Shown here: positions 1 to 14,827 of the stretch, piece by piece
How positions within the stretch are numbered: position 1 is the stretch's first letter
How the letters are laid out: every line of letters begins with the position of its first letter
Assembly (NCBI GenBank): GCA_030248215.1
Contig: JASANG010000611.1
Span: 310,001-374,000, forward strand
Source of the DNA: Enoplolaimus lenunculus
Lineage: Eukaryota
DNA length: 64,000 nt
Direction of reading: 5' to 3'
Program-made: the position numbers and the translations under genes
Notes under the pieces: model-generated
Databases searched by the model: none
Seen by the model: only the letters and a program-made list of their open reading frames with translations
What the model was told of the DNA's origin: nothing

Positions 1-1221
1 CATCCGTCAGTCTTTTATACTTTTGAAAAACAGGTGAATATATGCACGCCTCGTGTTGGCAGAAAAAACATTTATGAAACTTTCAATATCCGTTTTCCGT
101 ATCCGTTTTGATCACTATCCTTTTCCGTTATTTTTACTATCCGTTCACACCCTGCCAAAAACTAATAGCCAAACTAATTATATTCTTAATAATCAAATTT
201 TGAAGCAGAAATTTTTTGTATACTTTCACACTATAGTTAAATACAGCAAACTATTTTTACCGTACAAGCACACGAACTACAAAATAGGCCACGTATGACA
301 AAGACTAAAACTTCAAAAAATAGTACAGGTAAAGCCAAAATTAGTTCGACATTGGTAAAATATTTTGACATTTTAACGTATATTAGCATTACAATATTGG
401 TCATAAATTACTCGGAGTAAGAGTAAAGTTTTGGAGATGTACTTTAGGCACTAAACAGCAAAAACATTACAGACAAGATTTATTGGCAAGTAAAAGACAG
501 AAATTTAGAAAATTGTTGTCCTGAATTATCTGAGGTTTTCATGAACCCAGTCATATAAGTAATATACACGACAAAAGTATAATTTTGCTAGTATATACAT
601 ATCACAAACCTAACACAATAATTTAGCAAACTAGTCACAGTACAGAATCACCGGATTATAATCAATACTGAGTAAAAAAATAAAAAAATTAAAATAAAAA
701 CCTTGTTCGCATTTTCTCTCTCTCAACCATCCTGTCAGTAGCAATAGCATCCAATATGTTTCAGCTCAAAAAATTAAGATAAATTTTTTGGCGAAGCCGA
801 ACAGGAAATATGAAGAAAATTTTCGTCAAAAGTAGCAAATTTTACTGTAGATAAGTAAATGCAAAACCAAAAATGAAAGGGAAAAAATTCTATAGCTAGT
901 CAATAAAATGTCCCATTTTAGTACCGAAATTCTATATCAAATGCTACCTCCAAAAACCAGGCATAACCTTTAATTTTATATCCATTTGTGTCGCAAGTAT
1001 GTTTGTTGTAATTTCTATCCTGAATATTTCGTACGCAATTTTTAACTAACAGCAATGATAGACTCTGTATAAAATTAAAACACTTCACGTTTACTTAATA
1101 TAATGTTACTCTCGTTTTGACCGTTGCTCATTAAAAACCACTCAAATCATCAAAAATAAAATCAAAATGCTTTAAACTCGACAAATCACATAGAAAGAGC
1201 AATATAAAAGCAAATTATTGA

Positions 1222-4200
1222 TTAATCAATCGGACGAAGTGTCAACTGTAACAGCAAACTATCATCCGTAATGAGTTGTGAATTGTTACACAACAGCTCG
1301 TCAAGTGATATCTTTTTCTCGACTTCCATATCAACAGAATATCGTGTTTTTGAGAAATTTTTCCGACCTAAAACCAACCATGCTACATGATAACACGGTA
1401 CTTCATTAATTCCCCACTAGTGCCAGTTTAATAAAAAGCGAAAGGCTTCCAGCGCTTAGATTCTTACTCGCATGCTTAGCCTCACGTTCGTTATGTGTGC
1501 AGGGAACATTATGTGGGGGCAGTATCGATAACACACCTTACTTTTAAAAAACTGACAGGTTTGTGTTAAACAACGACCCAACAGCAGATTTAATCCATTT
1601 CTGCTGAGCCAAAAGAGCAACAACTGCTCTAAAATTACCCATTTCGGTTCAGCGTCAGCTCTATATCTCAGTGCCAGATTATGATACATAACCAAATCGA
1701 CGAAAGAAGGAACCTCAATAATATTACTCACCCGACACTGACTTAATAATGCGCCTATCATCAACAATCGAAAGCAAATACTCGATTGCTCGCGTTTGAT
1801 CTAGAACAAGATTCGATGCTAGAAGGTGAGCGCGGAATTCATCTTGATTTTGTGAATACCCTTTTGGATGGATCTAGAAAACAAAATACATCTTACAAAT
1901 AAGAGCCGTGTATGATAAATGAAAAGTGTGACTGTAACGTAACAGCCAAATTCGTTTCAATCCATTAAAAAGACTAAAAATAAAACAATAATCGTATTCG
2001 ATAAATTAAAAGTACAATTCAAATAATCACGACAATAAAAGCAAAAAAATTAAAAAAATCTAATCAGAATAATTTTCTTAACACAAAAATGAATGTTTTG
2101 AACGTGAGAGGGTAATTTAAACGGTCGTATTGCAAAAATGCTTTGGCACAGAACATTTAAATAACGTTGCACACTTAACTGCGTAAACCTGCGACTCAAC
2201 TAACCTTTAATTCCCAGTCCCAACTTTGTTGTGGAAATGCACACGCTCTAGTTGTCAATCGCAGTGTGACTTCAGTAAACCGTGGGATTGATGCAAAGTT
2301 TGGAATTTCGAGTCGTTTATCCCACCGCATCTCGGTGTAATTTCTATAAAAACCTGTTAATGGCTATTATGTGCTTTTTATAACATAACATAAGATCATA
2401 AACAAATAACAATTACCCGTAATTAAGGGTAACGGAGGCCGCAAACCGATAGTAAATATCATTTAAACGGAACTCAAAGCTGAGAAAATGCATTAAGGTG
2501 TACTACTGCAACCAAACAGTGTGGAAATATCATTTCCGCATGGGAACAGAACTTCCGGTTTCACCACGACATAAGCAGACAATGATGCAACGCTGCATAT
2601 CTGTTTACGCTCCGTTCGTAATAATTTTGTCAACAGAGTCTCAAATTTTCTACAAAAAAGATTTACCACGAGGTCTTAAAATGAACTGATTTATAACAAA
2701 TCTTGTTACACTGTTATCAAAATTAATGTGAACTTAACGTAATCGACAAAACAATAACACCATCGGAAATTTGTACTGATCCTCACCTGAGCATAAATTG
2801 TTGCCCGGAAAACTCTTTCATCGACGACCGTGTCGCAAGTGGCAGTGAATTGAATTTATAAGCCAGCATTAGTTGAGGGTTGAATACTTTCGGACACTTT
2901 TCGACGAGCGTCGAACGTTCAACAGAAGTTAATTCGTCTGGTGTCATTAAGGGAAATCGAACCAACGGCACCAATTGATTAAGGTTTTTCTCAAGAACTG
3001 ATCCTTGACGTTCAGGATGCGATGCAGCTTGTATCCATTTGACCAATGCTTGCCAAATTTCATGTTCGTCTAATCAATGAAGAGCAAACTTTAAATTCAC
3101 CCTATACGGCATAAAACTCGCCACTGTTCAACCATCACCGGATTAAGTTTATAATATGAAATTATAACCAATTTTCAAAAATAAAAATCAGCTGTTAAAG
3201 CATTAATGAAGTTCTCGAAAATAATTGCACTCGTACTTGCAACATATAAGTCGGAACTTTTCAAAAGTTCAGCTAATTGATCGCGATCAAGGCTGAGCCA
3301 TTCACGTTCCCATTCTGATGATGTTATTATTTCCTGAAACACCACATAAAATGGACATATACACCGCAATAAATACTTCGAGGAATTCTAACAGTATGGT
3401 GAAAAAGAGCAGCAAATTCACCTTACACGAACAAACAAATTAGTACTACAACGGGACAATACTTATAGTGTTACATAAAATATGACAATTGGAAAAATGC
3501 TGAGATAAAGCTTAAATGCCAATAATGTGGCTAGACAGTACGAATTACGCCGCGACATGATCCATAAGACGACAATTGAAAACCCACAAAATGTGCGAAC
3601 AATATCTTACCTGGAAATTTTGCGACAGAACACTGATACAAGCTTGAATGAGCCCTTGATGAAAACACTTTGTTCCGTACTGATACCAAACATGAAACAC
3701 TTCTTTCTGCGGCAAATTTGGTATAATATTGTCCATTGCATAATTTAAGCATACCTGAATATGGTATACAACAAAATTGACGCTTATTTTACGGTAAACA
3801 AAAATTGGAACAATATTTTTAACGTTATAAACTGCAAGCAACCATATTAAAAAATATAACAATGTCTTAGAAATCAATGTCGTGTTTTTTTAATTTATTG
3901 CAACTAAAATAATACTAATTGCAGCACAGATTGATGTGCTTAATTACTTACGTTCCTCATAATTCCAAAACCCATTGACAAAACTTGCCAGCAACTGACG
4001 TTTAGCGTAATTCTAATTTTAGCGTAATTCAAAAACTCTACCTTTCGCAAACTGACAACGTTGTATTTATCGGCAAGTATGAGAACAGGCAATGTATTGT
4101 CATAATGCAGTACTATATGTGACGTATACAGGAATCGTAGAAAAGCGGGGAATACACGAATGCATAAGCGATCTTCGACCAATTCAACTTCCTAAAACAA

Positions 4201-7200
4201 ACAATAAATTATATTAAAATATGTAAAAAATTTGGAAGTCTTGTTTAAATTTTTCCATATGGAAACTACGCAAGCAGAACATGCTTGATTAGAATGTTGT
4301 TATTTACTACGTCTTTGATCAACTGATTTTGGTTTAACGCAATAGCAAATGATGTCAGCCAATCGGACAACATTATTACGTTTGTATCATGAACAAAACC
4401 CATTACGGATGAAAATAATATACACAGAAAAAATGCGTCACGATATGCTTTGACCAACTTCAAACGTGTAGGGTGCACGCTGCATGACACAAAACCTCAG
4501 ACGCAGACTAACATCAACCACTATTACTTAATTTAACAAGCAGGTTTACAATATTATTATCAAGCAAGACACACACAGCCTACCACAAAACACACATTGC
4601 AGCTGCTAAACGAACGATTCTGCCGAAATGCATAATATAGAAAAATGACCCTTATGCCTTCTCTTGAAGGTCATCGAAGGCAAAATATTTAAACGTGCAA
4701 CTTTTGCTACATTAAGACGAAATTTATTGCAAGCACGGGAGACATTAAGGAACAAAAACGGTCATTAGTTAATTGTATTTTCCTTTTATACTTTACAAAA
4801 GGTGCGATTAAAAGTTATAGTGCACACTGGTGGTATTCAAAATAAATTACATAGTAACAGATCTGGTTATGTGATTGCATAAGTTAATTCCGACAAATCA
4901 CTGTAGTACACAATAACAAAACTCCATACTATAGTATTATTTGACTAAAATCACAATATTTGGCTGCGAATTTTTTTTAAAATGATAAGTGTAAGTACTT
5001 CGACAGTTAATACTACGACCTTTGTAGAAACAATACAACTGACGTCCGTTTATTGTTAACGTTGAGCAGAAAAAACGGGAACTTGTCTTTATCCTTTGGT
5101 CTCGGTTTGAAATCTACCGAGACTCAAAAAATCGAGACCGAGATAGCCAAATCGCGAGAGTTACCGAGACCGCAAATTTCTGCTCCTGAACCAGATATTA
5201 AGGTATCCGACTTCAGTTACGTCATTCAATTGAGCACTGATATAAACTAACTTTTTTATTTTCTCCACTCCATTGCTGGCTAAGCATACGTTCAAACACT
5301 TCGCTTGACTTAATTAATATCAATTTATGCGCGTAGAAGCTATAATCAAAACAATCTTATTTAAAAGCTTTTACTTGTGAACAATGGCGCATCCGCGAAT
5401 CCAAAAATTACTAAAATGGGAGACGCGCTAGGTATAATACTGTAAAAAGTCGCGATAGAACTGATCGAAAAGCTGAAAGCCATTTTAGTTTGAAAATACA
5501 AAATTGTGGTTTTGATTCCTGTTTGGGAGTTTAGATCAGAGTGGCCTCCCTTGTAACTGTTAGTGTTTGTGAACCGAAACATATATGGTTGCATCAGAAA
5601 TCAAAGTTAATCATCACCAAAACAGCATGGCCTGCCCAGGCCAGTCGCTGTGTCCCCACTAATTTAAAAGGTACGTACTGAAACATCCAGGAAACTGCGA
5701 AAATTAACGTTACTCAAAACTACAGAATATTTGAGATAATCATACTGTAGTTCTGGCGACAGGGTTTGTTCCAAATCGGACCTAGCGCCCAAACAAATTT
5801 TTTAATTTAGTTCATAAAAACATGAGTCTAATGAGAAAGCAAAATGAACAAGCGCTACATCTAAACACACTGCGTTTAAACTGCAAGCTGAGGTAAAACA
5901 ACATTTCTGTGTTAAAATCATTGCAGAACACACCAAGTAATGTTATTTTGCACCAAACAAAGCCTATCCTAATTTCGTACTGTTTCTTTAAACAATGATA
6001 CACTGTGGGCGAGATACATGCGGTACAACCTAAATAAAGGATTACTTCAGCTCTGTGCTACGCAGTTTTATGACTTGAAATTATCGTTTAAGTATTGTAA
6101 TTGTGCTCAGAGATATCCATTTACTTAAATACTTTTGTGTTTCGAGTATAGGCAACATTAAAATTCGCTATGAAAACGAATACATTTAATGATGCTACTA
6201 ACGTTAAATGTTCAAATAAAGTTAACAAAAAATCAGTTGCATTTTCATTTTCAACATAAAAACCGGCAATTATCGCATCAGACAAAAAAGCATACTTGTT
6301 GCAATAAAATATAAGGCATATTTTAGGTTTTTCCCATACAGCAATTTAAACTTTATAAAGTGCCTGGTAAGTTAGCATATACGATTTGTTTCAAACCTGT
6401 TCCCGATGTTAAAATTGCAGCCAAGCGCATATGCCGTTTGTAAAGTGAATCTGCGCTACCTACTGACAAAAATGAGTTACCTACATACACTTACACTAGC
6501 ACATCAATTGTTTCACTGAATTGTTCTCGTGTACAATTTGGATTGGCAGCGGCGGACCCCATAATATACACAATTAAAATTAGCGTTCGTAAAATTCGAA
6601 GAATATTATCATTGACGGACGACTAAACACAAACTATGCATAAGAACATGTTTAACGAACGCATAATAACGCGTACCTATCATCACCGACTGCAAGCGTA
6701 ACATCACTGAGCTGTGGATTATTGTAGAACCGTTCAAAATCAGTTAAAGCTTCTCGTTCGTCACCATAGCAATCCATTCCTAAAGTGTATGATTTCAGTA
6801 TATATTTTACACAAACAAAAACATGCGTGAGCCGAATTGCTCAAGAGTTTGCCGAAACTGGGAAAGCCCTCGCCAAATATGATATTCACTTCTGTCAAGT
6901 TTACAATCCGGACTCAGCTTATATACTAAAGACCGCGCCCAATTTGCTAATTCTGTCTTCAAAACCGATATTTTAGACTTTCATTGCGCTCACCAGTTCA
7001 AATTTTTCGGTTGTATGTCACTGGTGCCTGGAAAAATTAAATATGGCAACGTGATGCATATTAGCAAGCGACATCAGCGTTAGTACTTGTTCCTTTTGAA
7101 TGAACGACGTTATATGCTCAACCCATTCATCCGCCCTATGCATTTACGAGCTTACTTGTGATATTACGCACCTCAGGACGTCATTACTATGTATGTCGCT

Positions 7201-10200
7201 ATTCCAAAAGTTCAAACATGCAAGAAACCTTTCAACCAACTCGCCTGTTTATAAAAAACAAATAAAAATTTGAAACAGTATATATTTTCAGCTCTTGTTA
7301 AAAATGAACACCTTTTCCGTTGTATAGTGTTTAAAAATTTTAATATTAATTGCTCACCCAAAATGCTTACAGTTGAACCGCCTCCAGTGCCTGGTTCTGC
7401 CGTTGTAGACATTGCAAAATATTTACACAATTTATATACGTATATAGCAGACAGTATCGATATTTAGTTAGTTATAATACAATAAAACCACTAGTCTGAT
7501 TGGCATATCATGTGCGTGTATATTTCGAAACAAGAACAAGAAACCAATTTTTACATTCAGCTTAATGTTTGTTTTCAAATATGTAATAATAAACTCGCGT
7601 TGACAATGTAACCCAAACTACTTATGGTCTCATCGCAGGCGTATACATACAGCCTAGAAAGCCGCAGTCCTGCTGTCCAGAGAGCAAGTATGAAAATTGT
7701 TAACAGCAGATCGAGGATCATAAAAACTGAAAGTTTACCCACAAATTATACGGTACTTGCTTCCCGTGAATGGGGTTAGTACGATTTGGGTGACCGAGAC
7801 TGCAACGAGACTGAAAGTAATGGAAAAGAAATCACGTTTTCAAAAACAGTTTAAACGACAATCACCACAAGTAACTTATAAATGGTAGTAATCCGGTAAA
7901 ACAAGACATAACTTACACACACTGTCGGCAGTGTAAAACTCGCATTATCATCATTATTAACCGAAAAATACACAACTCTCACAGCGTCAAAAATTAAAAC
8001 ACTACGTAAAACATTTCTAGACGTACGTTATTATATACAACATATACTCAATGAGAGCAGTCAAATTTTACACATCGTAGACGCACAGCTGGGCACCGAA
8101 AGTACAGAAACACTATAATGGTTGAAGTACTACACACGTATGAATGTTCAAAAAAACAATTTCATCACACCCGTGTTACCAGGAAAGTATTAAAGGGAGG
8201 ATGAGGCAATCTATCCCGTAAAATTTCTGCAGAGACAACAACATAAGCACATTTAACAGCTATTGAAGAACTTTCAGAATCTCAGAAGCCAAATATTTAC
8301 TTCTCAGGTTATTTTCTATTGTGAAAAAATACTGGCTATGCCAATGCGCCTGTTGCCGTACAGAATTCAATTGAATAAAACTGTGTTACAAAAAAACTTT
8401 TCGTTTTATGCGAAATACAAACTATTATAGTTGTGTCTGTTGCGATGATCACAATAATTCAAAATCTGCAAAAAATCTCGACATTTGTTTACGTACGAGC
8501 ACAAACAATAATATCGTTGCAAAACAATCATAATGTATTCACGTTTGCGTAGGTTATGTTATGGCTACGCAACATTTTCGTAGGTAACAATAGTTTTACA
8601 TTGTGAAAAGTACACTACACACTACTGTCCTATTACCATACGTAGGGCCCACTTACTTACAGTATGGCCAAATGTAATAATCAGTGCTGTTAATAATGGT
8701 AATTAGCGAGTATCCTACTAATAATTTGAAGGTATAGAATGTTTTGAGAAACATACGTAAGTGTTTATCCAGAAACCCAACGGAACATAGTTTACATAAA
8801 CAAAACCAATATATACATTTAAAAATATAATGCATTCAAGTGCTAGCATATGTGATGTGTTGTCATTTCTAAACGCTATATTTAAATTTCTCATGCCCGA
8901 ACGAAAACCCTACAGCCAATAGTGCACAACAAACGTTTATAAAAATGATACATTCGCAACTCAACTGCCATAGTTTGCATACCTAGTATGTAGATTAGTT
9001 ACTAGCTAGCTATTCATTTATCTGTGCTGGATTTTTGTAAACAATTCAGTCAGATTCCTCGCACCCAAAAACCCTTTACTACTGTAATCATATCACATGT
9101 AATCTTAATAAACAGTAAAATAATTTCAAAAGTACAAAGTCAGGTTCAGTAAATTAAGTTAATATGCTAATCATTTAGTAGATATATTCATTTTATCTGC
9201 TTTGGAGACTTAAAAACGTTAACTTCAGATGCCTCGCACCGAAAACCTCTTGGTACTGAAATTGTATTGCTTGTAACTCTAACAATTAGTGAAATAATTT
9301 AAAAAGTGATGAAATAATGTAAAAAGTATATAAAGTACTAATTTAGGTATAACCAATTATTCAAATTAGCCTGTAGCTTATAAACGGCTTACAATTTTGA
9401 AATACCAACGGGGTTAACACCACAGGATTATAAGCTTTCAAACAAAACAGTGTTTGTCAAAATCGGGTCTGCGGTTTCTGGAATTTTCCTCGAACAGCCA
9501 TCCCCCTTTCGCCACTCCCCTAGTACAAAACATAACACGCTTCGCTAAACTCCAAGCTTTTCTCTATAAAGCACTGCACATATACAACATAAGTTGTTTT
9601 TTCAGCGTCTATTTGCCGCAATTGTTTTAGACCCCTTAAAACATATAGACCCCTTAAAACATTTTACCGTATTTCAGTAGGCCAAATAATACCCGTTTAC
9701 TAAAGTGTGTGTTTTAAATTATGACGAAAACCATAGAATATTTCCGAAACAGTCGGTAGAACTTGTTAAAGCCCAAGAAATCTAGCAAAGTTTATTGCAC
9801 GCGGCAACTGTTTGAAGTTGCAAGTCTACCGGATTTTTGTAAATGAAAAGAAATTAAATAAAATAAACAATTTACAAAGGCTACAGTTTTACATAACCAA
9901 TTAGATTAATGCACAAGAAGGCGAATAATTGATGCATTATACATAAGCAACAACTGAAGTCAAACCTTACTACACAACTGCGGTCTCGTTAAGTCTACGT
10001 ACGGTAATCACCCGGCTTAATATAATATATACAAGCTAAGTACAATTGATATATTATTAACTATTTACGCGTAAACAAAACAAGATATACTAAATAGTTT
10101 GTGGAAAATAAGTTGAAAAAGCTTTATCCACTCAAGCACAAGATAGTTTAAATACAACCAACTCGTCGCCGCTCAATTAAAATCAGAAGTTAATGCAAAT

Positions 10201-12968
10201 TTCGTCTTATACATACATACTAGTTAGGTTTCTGAAATCTTACTAAAGTATTCAGTTAATTTTCGCTTAAATACTTACTTAAGTTATGGCTTAAGTAAAT
10301 ACTTAACTATGTAGAAAAAACCAGGAATTGCAGATTATGGGTCCGTGCCATAACAAACAAGCCCTTAGATTTGCTTCATGCTAAGCAGGTTCGATGACTC
10401 TACAATATCAATTGAAAAAAGGGCAGTATGCCAGAACAGAAGTATTTACATACTTAACATAAAAGTACGTTTTGAAACCATAAATTGTTTATTGCTTAGC
10501 AGCTACTTAAGTTTGACTTTGAAGTCGTACTTAAACTGGGTTTCAGAAACCCAGCTAATATTTGAAAAAAGAAAATAATGGCTGGGTTTCTGAAATCGTA
10601 CTTAAGTATCAACTTAAGTGTTGCTTAAGTATTTATATGCTTCTAAAATCGTACTTAAGTATCAACCTAAGTGTTGTTTAAGTATTTACTTAAGTAGTCG
10701 TTGACTTAAGTAAATAAAGACTTAACTTTTTAGATAAAAACAAAGAAATGTCAGCTTTGTGCCAGTGCGAAAAGATCGAACGTACAATTTTGTTTTAGGT
10801 ACCTTGAAACTGCATCTTTATTAGACATAGGATAATAATCTAGAAGCATTCGCCTGCAACAAACCAAAAACTTTCAGTTGCTTAAGTATTTACTTAACTT
10901 AAGTACCCTTTAAGAAACGTTACATTCGTTAAGTAATTGCTTAGCAAATGCTTAAGTATAATGTTGCACTTAAGTAAGGTTTCAGAAACCCAGCCAATAT
11001 GTAATACATTACACTTCACCGTTGATTTTTCTTGACTACAACTGCCTATTTTAATAAAACGGCTTTGAAAACCGCACGCAACGACAGCCCTCTTCGACGA
11101 GTATGAACCGGTTGGTGCTGGTGCCACCATCCTAGGACGCCGATGACGTTGTCAAATGGAGGCAAAGAAACGTTAAATTCGTTAAGTAATTGCTTAGCAA
11201 ATGCTTAAGTATAATGTTGCACTTAAGTAAGGTTTCAGAAACCCAGCCAATATGTAATACATTACACTTCACCGTTGATTTTTCTTGACTACAACTGCCT
11301 ATTTTAATAAAACGGCTTTGAAAACCGCATGCATCGACAGCCCTCTTCGACGAGTATGATCCGGTTGGTGCTGGTGCCATCATCCTAGGACGCCGATGAC
11401 GTTGTCAAATGGAGGCATGAGAATTAGAAAAAATAACCATATCGCATAACTTGTTTGTACTCGAGGCCAGTTATGCGTCGTTCACAAATTTTTTGAAAGT
11501 CTACCACCGATTTGTACAGGTGTTGGGTTGCCAAATGTACGATGTAAAAATTGAATAGTCGTTAACCCCATCTTATCACAATTTTTTTGTTAACATCATC
11601 TTAACGAGTGTCACAACGCATACAAAGTATACATTGTTTTACAAGTGTTATAGTAAAATTAACAAAGAAAATATATATACGCTTTTATATCTGTTAATAG
11701 TCCAGAATCTGCTTAGGAGTCACTCTATTTTCAATCAAATTTGGCGATGTTTATTAACTAACATATATACCTTCATCAGTTCTTGAATATGTTGTCAACG
11801 ACATCGTGCTTTCGGACACACCTGTCAGATTGGTATTTGCGTCACCAAGATCCTGTGACTTAGACTGTATCCCATCTCGTCCGCTAATATCAACGCTATT
11901 GCTAGCGTCAAACTGATGAGTGGCTCTCGCACGATTTGCGCCACTTGCACTGGAGTCTCCGCCACTGCTATCACGTCGAGGTCCGCTATTAGTTGATATA
12001 GAGGCTGGCGGTCGTGTGTAGTCATCATATGACCCACGATGATTGTACGAACGGTGACGTTCAGTTGTTGACGAAACATCAGACTCGCGATTTTCATTAG
12101 TTGAGCTACGCGGCTGGTGCGATGCTGATTGCTGACCACAAGATGCATCATCACTGCAACAGGTGTCATCTTGGCCGGATGACTAAAATGGAAAAAATTT
12201 GCGCTAGCAGCAAAACTCACAAGCATTGAATGATTATTAGGTGCCCGTGAAATCCTTTCATGTTACGCAAAAAGATTTCTCAAATAAAGAATCCAAACAT
12301 AGTTGTAGACAGCATTAATAGAGTGTACTGTCAAAGCATCACTTTTGTGAGCCCAACCAATCAGGTGAACCCCTCTTAAGTTGTTGTCTGAATCTGAAAC
12401 CTGAAACTAGATCAATGAAGGCAACGACAACGGTGTTCGCAATTGAAATTAAAAATTTGTATTTTCAGTGTTGTGTTTAACAGTTAGACTGCCAAATTTA
12501 ATAATCTGCCAGTTTTCTGACATGCAAATGTGAAAAGCTAGAACTTATTTGATATCGCAAGTAATACCAATTTCGTTTGACTCACACGTGCGTGGTAATA
12601 CAGAGATAAAGTCTGAAGTTAAATAAAGCAATCTTCTTTCTTAGAAAACCTCTAAAAACTTTACATATATATTATATATAACAAAACAAAAAAGTATACG
12701 AGAACTAAAGCTATACTCCGATTTTGTCTATTGAAAATAATGTATAAATTGTAATGTCAAAAAAATTGTTACATAATAACGTAATGCCACAGACCAACTG
12801 TTTTACCTGATCCAAAGCAGCTCTATCAACAATATCCACACGACTTCGAACACCATCAACAATTCCAGGCCGATTTAGCAAAAATCGTGGAAATCCGGAT
12901 GTGTTGCTTTCATTAGCATGATTCGTGCCAATATAGCGATAATCCGGAAACCGACGGTGATAAGACAT
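1222..12968 (-). CDS. BTB/POZ + BACK domain protein (BTBD17-like architecture) with low-complexity N-terminal extension; 11 exons
   Basis: Exons (minus): 12968-12807, 12182-11771, 6779-6677, 5339-5252, 4191-4042, 3754-3611, 3333-3237, 3069-2787, 2343-2205, 1873-1732, 1367-1222. All are GT-AG and phases are consistent. BTB motifs LSDVTLAVGDD/FYAHKLILIKSSEVFERML/FLRFLYT..LADKYNV; BACK motifs WLSLDRDQLAELLKSSDL..NEHEIWQALVKW..VRFPLM. TAA stop at 1222-1224. Linkage of the two 5' exons rests on phase only. Confidence 0.85.
7358..7412 (-). CDS. Possible alternative first exon of the BTB gene (MSTTAEPGTGGGSTVSILG)
   Basis: ATG at 7412; G|GTGAGC phase-1 donor at 7358 splices in frame onto exon 6779-6677. 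Confidence 0.3.
10580..10995. mobile_element. MITE, PIF/Harbinger-like
   Basis: TIR GGCTGGGTTTCTGAAA...TTTCAGAAACCCAGCC, AAT on both sides, internal CTTAAG repeats; decayed sister copy ~10224-10557. Confidence 0.7.
10912..11417. repeat. 253-bp direct tandem duplication
   Basis: 10912-11164 is nearly identical to 11165-11417; includes the MITE right end plus flank. Confidence 0.9.
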
Positions 12969-13594
12969 GGCAATGTATTATATCGCTCATATACCAGCGT
13001 AACTAAATGTGGACTTTCATGTAATCGTGCTGATACCAACCTATTACGATTGCATACCAAAAGCAACATTACATTCCTACTAACGAATACATAAGTACGT
13101 AAGCTTTATCAGAAAAAGTTCAAAGTTAATTTTTAAACTGCGGCTGCCTGACGGCGAGGACGAACAGGGCCAGCTTTATAGCTGTTGACAGTCTTAAATG
13201 TGTTTGGAGAAGTTAAGTTATTCAGGGTCATGCGGCAGAAGCAGTTCGAAAACAAATTTCAATACTTTGTTTCCATGTCGCGCGCACAATTTGCAAAATT
13301 TCACTAGAATATTTGTTTTGCGTGAATACACTGGTAATTCAATTCATGGATTTACACTTGAAATGTGCTGGTATAACAATAAACAGCGGCCAAGTTCAGC
13401 TGTAACATAAATTTTACAAGAAATCTCAGACGTAGAATTTAATTTAAGAAACAAAAATAACAAACGGCCTTATTATCACGAAACTAAAACTGACGGATAA
13501 CAAAAGAGCACAGATATAAAAAACCCGGTTCCGATTTTTGTAATGTTTGATATGCGGTCGCATCCATATATATACTTATGTCCTTATTGCCAAG

Positions 13595-13961
13595 AGTTGT
13601 ATGCACATGCAATATAATGCAGTGCGCGGCATGTATGCTAGCCGGCAGCATACGATCGACAAATTACTTGAGTCGTGCAAAAGTATACGTTTACTGAGTT
13701 GATATTAATTTCTAGCTCGGATTTTTTATTTTTACTTTAATATAGAAATATTGCCAAGAGAGCATCATATTATTGCGATATCGGTCCAAACATTAGGCAT
13801 GCTGGCCAGTTGTATGCACATGCAATATAATGCAGTGCGCGGCATGTATGCTAGCCGGCAGCATACGATCGACAAATTACTTGACTCGTGCAAAAGTATA
13901 CGTTTACTGAATTGATATTAATTTCTAGCTCGGATTTTTTATTTTTACTTTAGTATAGAAA
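13595..13961. repeat. ~154-bp direct duplication (offset 213)
   Basis: 13595-13748 is nearly identical to 13808-13961. Confidence 0.9.
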
Positions 13962-14416
13962 ACTTAAGCTTCTTGACTTGCCGGAAAATGTAATCGGGGC
14001 AATTATTTAATATGTCCACTTGTAAAAAATCAGTGTAATGAAATTCAAGAACACAACCGTAGGAACCGGATATGGATATCAGTTTTTCGCTATTAAACCA
14101 GAGCCGGATACCCGATCGCAACGTGACCACTGCCTATGTGCCACGACTCTGCCACCGCTGACCTGAGCACTGGACATTATAACATTAGACTAAACGCCAA
14201 TACTAAGTCAACTGATAAGTGTTTCCTTGCATTGTCTAAATGCTTGCATTTTTAATGCAAAACACCGCCGAAATCAGGTTTTTTACAAACTCTAGAACCC
14301 ACAGAATACTGTAAGTATGTGAGACATACTTGTCCTTGTGCATATGCAATAAATGCAGTGCACATTGTGGTGTACGGTCGACAGATATAGTCGACGAAAC
14401 GGGCAGTTGGAGAGGC

Positions 14417-14490
14417 GGGCTACGTGGCGCAGTGGTAGAGTTCTCGCTTAAGGATCCATAGGCTGAGAGTTCGATCCCCGCTCTAGCCCG
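14417..14490 (+). pseudogene. Degenerate tRNA-like sequence / SINE head
   Basis: A box TGGCGCAGTGG, B box GTTCGATCC, GGGCTA/TAGCCC acceptor pairing; anticodon and T arms are broken. Confidence 0.6.
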
Positions 14491-14541
14491 CTTTTCCAGC
14501 TGCTTAGTTGTGTGAGTATACGCGGCTTGTGTATGGATATC

Positions 14542-14614
14542 GGCCGCGTGGTGTAATGGGTAGCGCGCTTGACTCGCGAGCGAGAGGTCCGAGGTTCGAT
14601 TTCCGGCGTGGCCA
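14542..14614 (+). pseudogene. tRNA-derived SINE head / pseudo-tRNA (CGC anticodon, Ala-like)
   Basis: Acceptor GGCCGCG/CGTGGCC-A, D arm GTGT/GCGC, loop CT-CGC-GA, TTCGA loop; mismatched T stem and no T-run terminator. Confidence 0.6.
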
Positions 14615-14827
14615 TATCTTTCGGAGAAATTTAGGAGAAAAATCAAATATATTCGCAGTACTTCGGAGGAAGGGGTCGTCCCGACCGTGCAGTTCTGACA
14701 TGGAGGTCCCACCGAGACGGGCGCTGTAAATTGCAGGCCCATGGATTCGGATAGTTTGGATTCGCGGTCCGGGGCGACCGCCTAAAGAAGGGGGAATGTG
14801 AGTATACGCGGTTTGTGTATGGATATC

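Noticed and set aside
11825..12226. 133-aa ORF from the track
   Set aside because: An alternative frame of the same strand fits the splice sites and phase of the BTB gene
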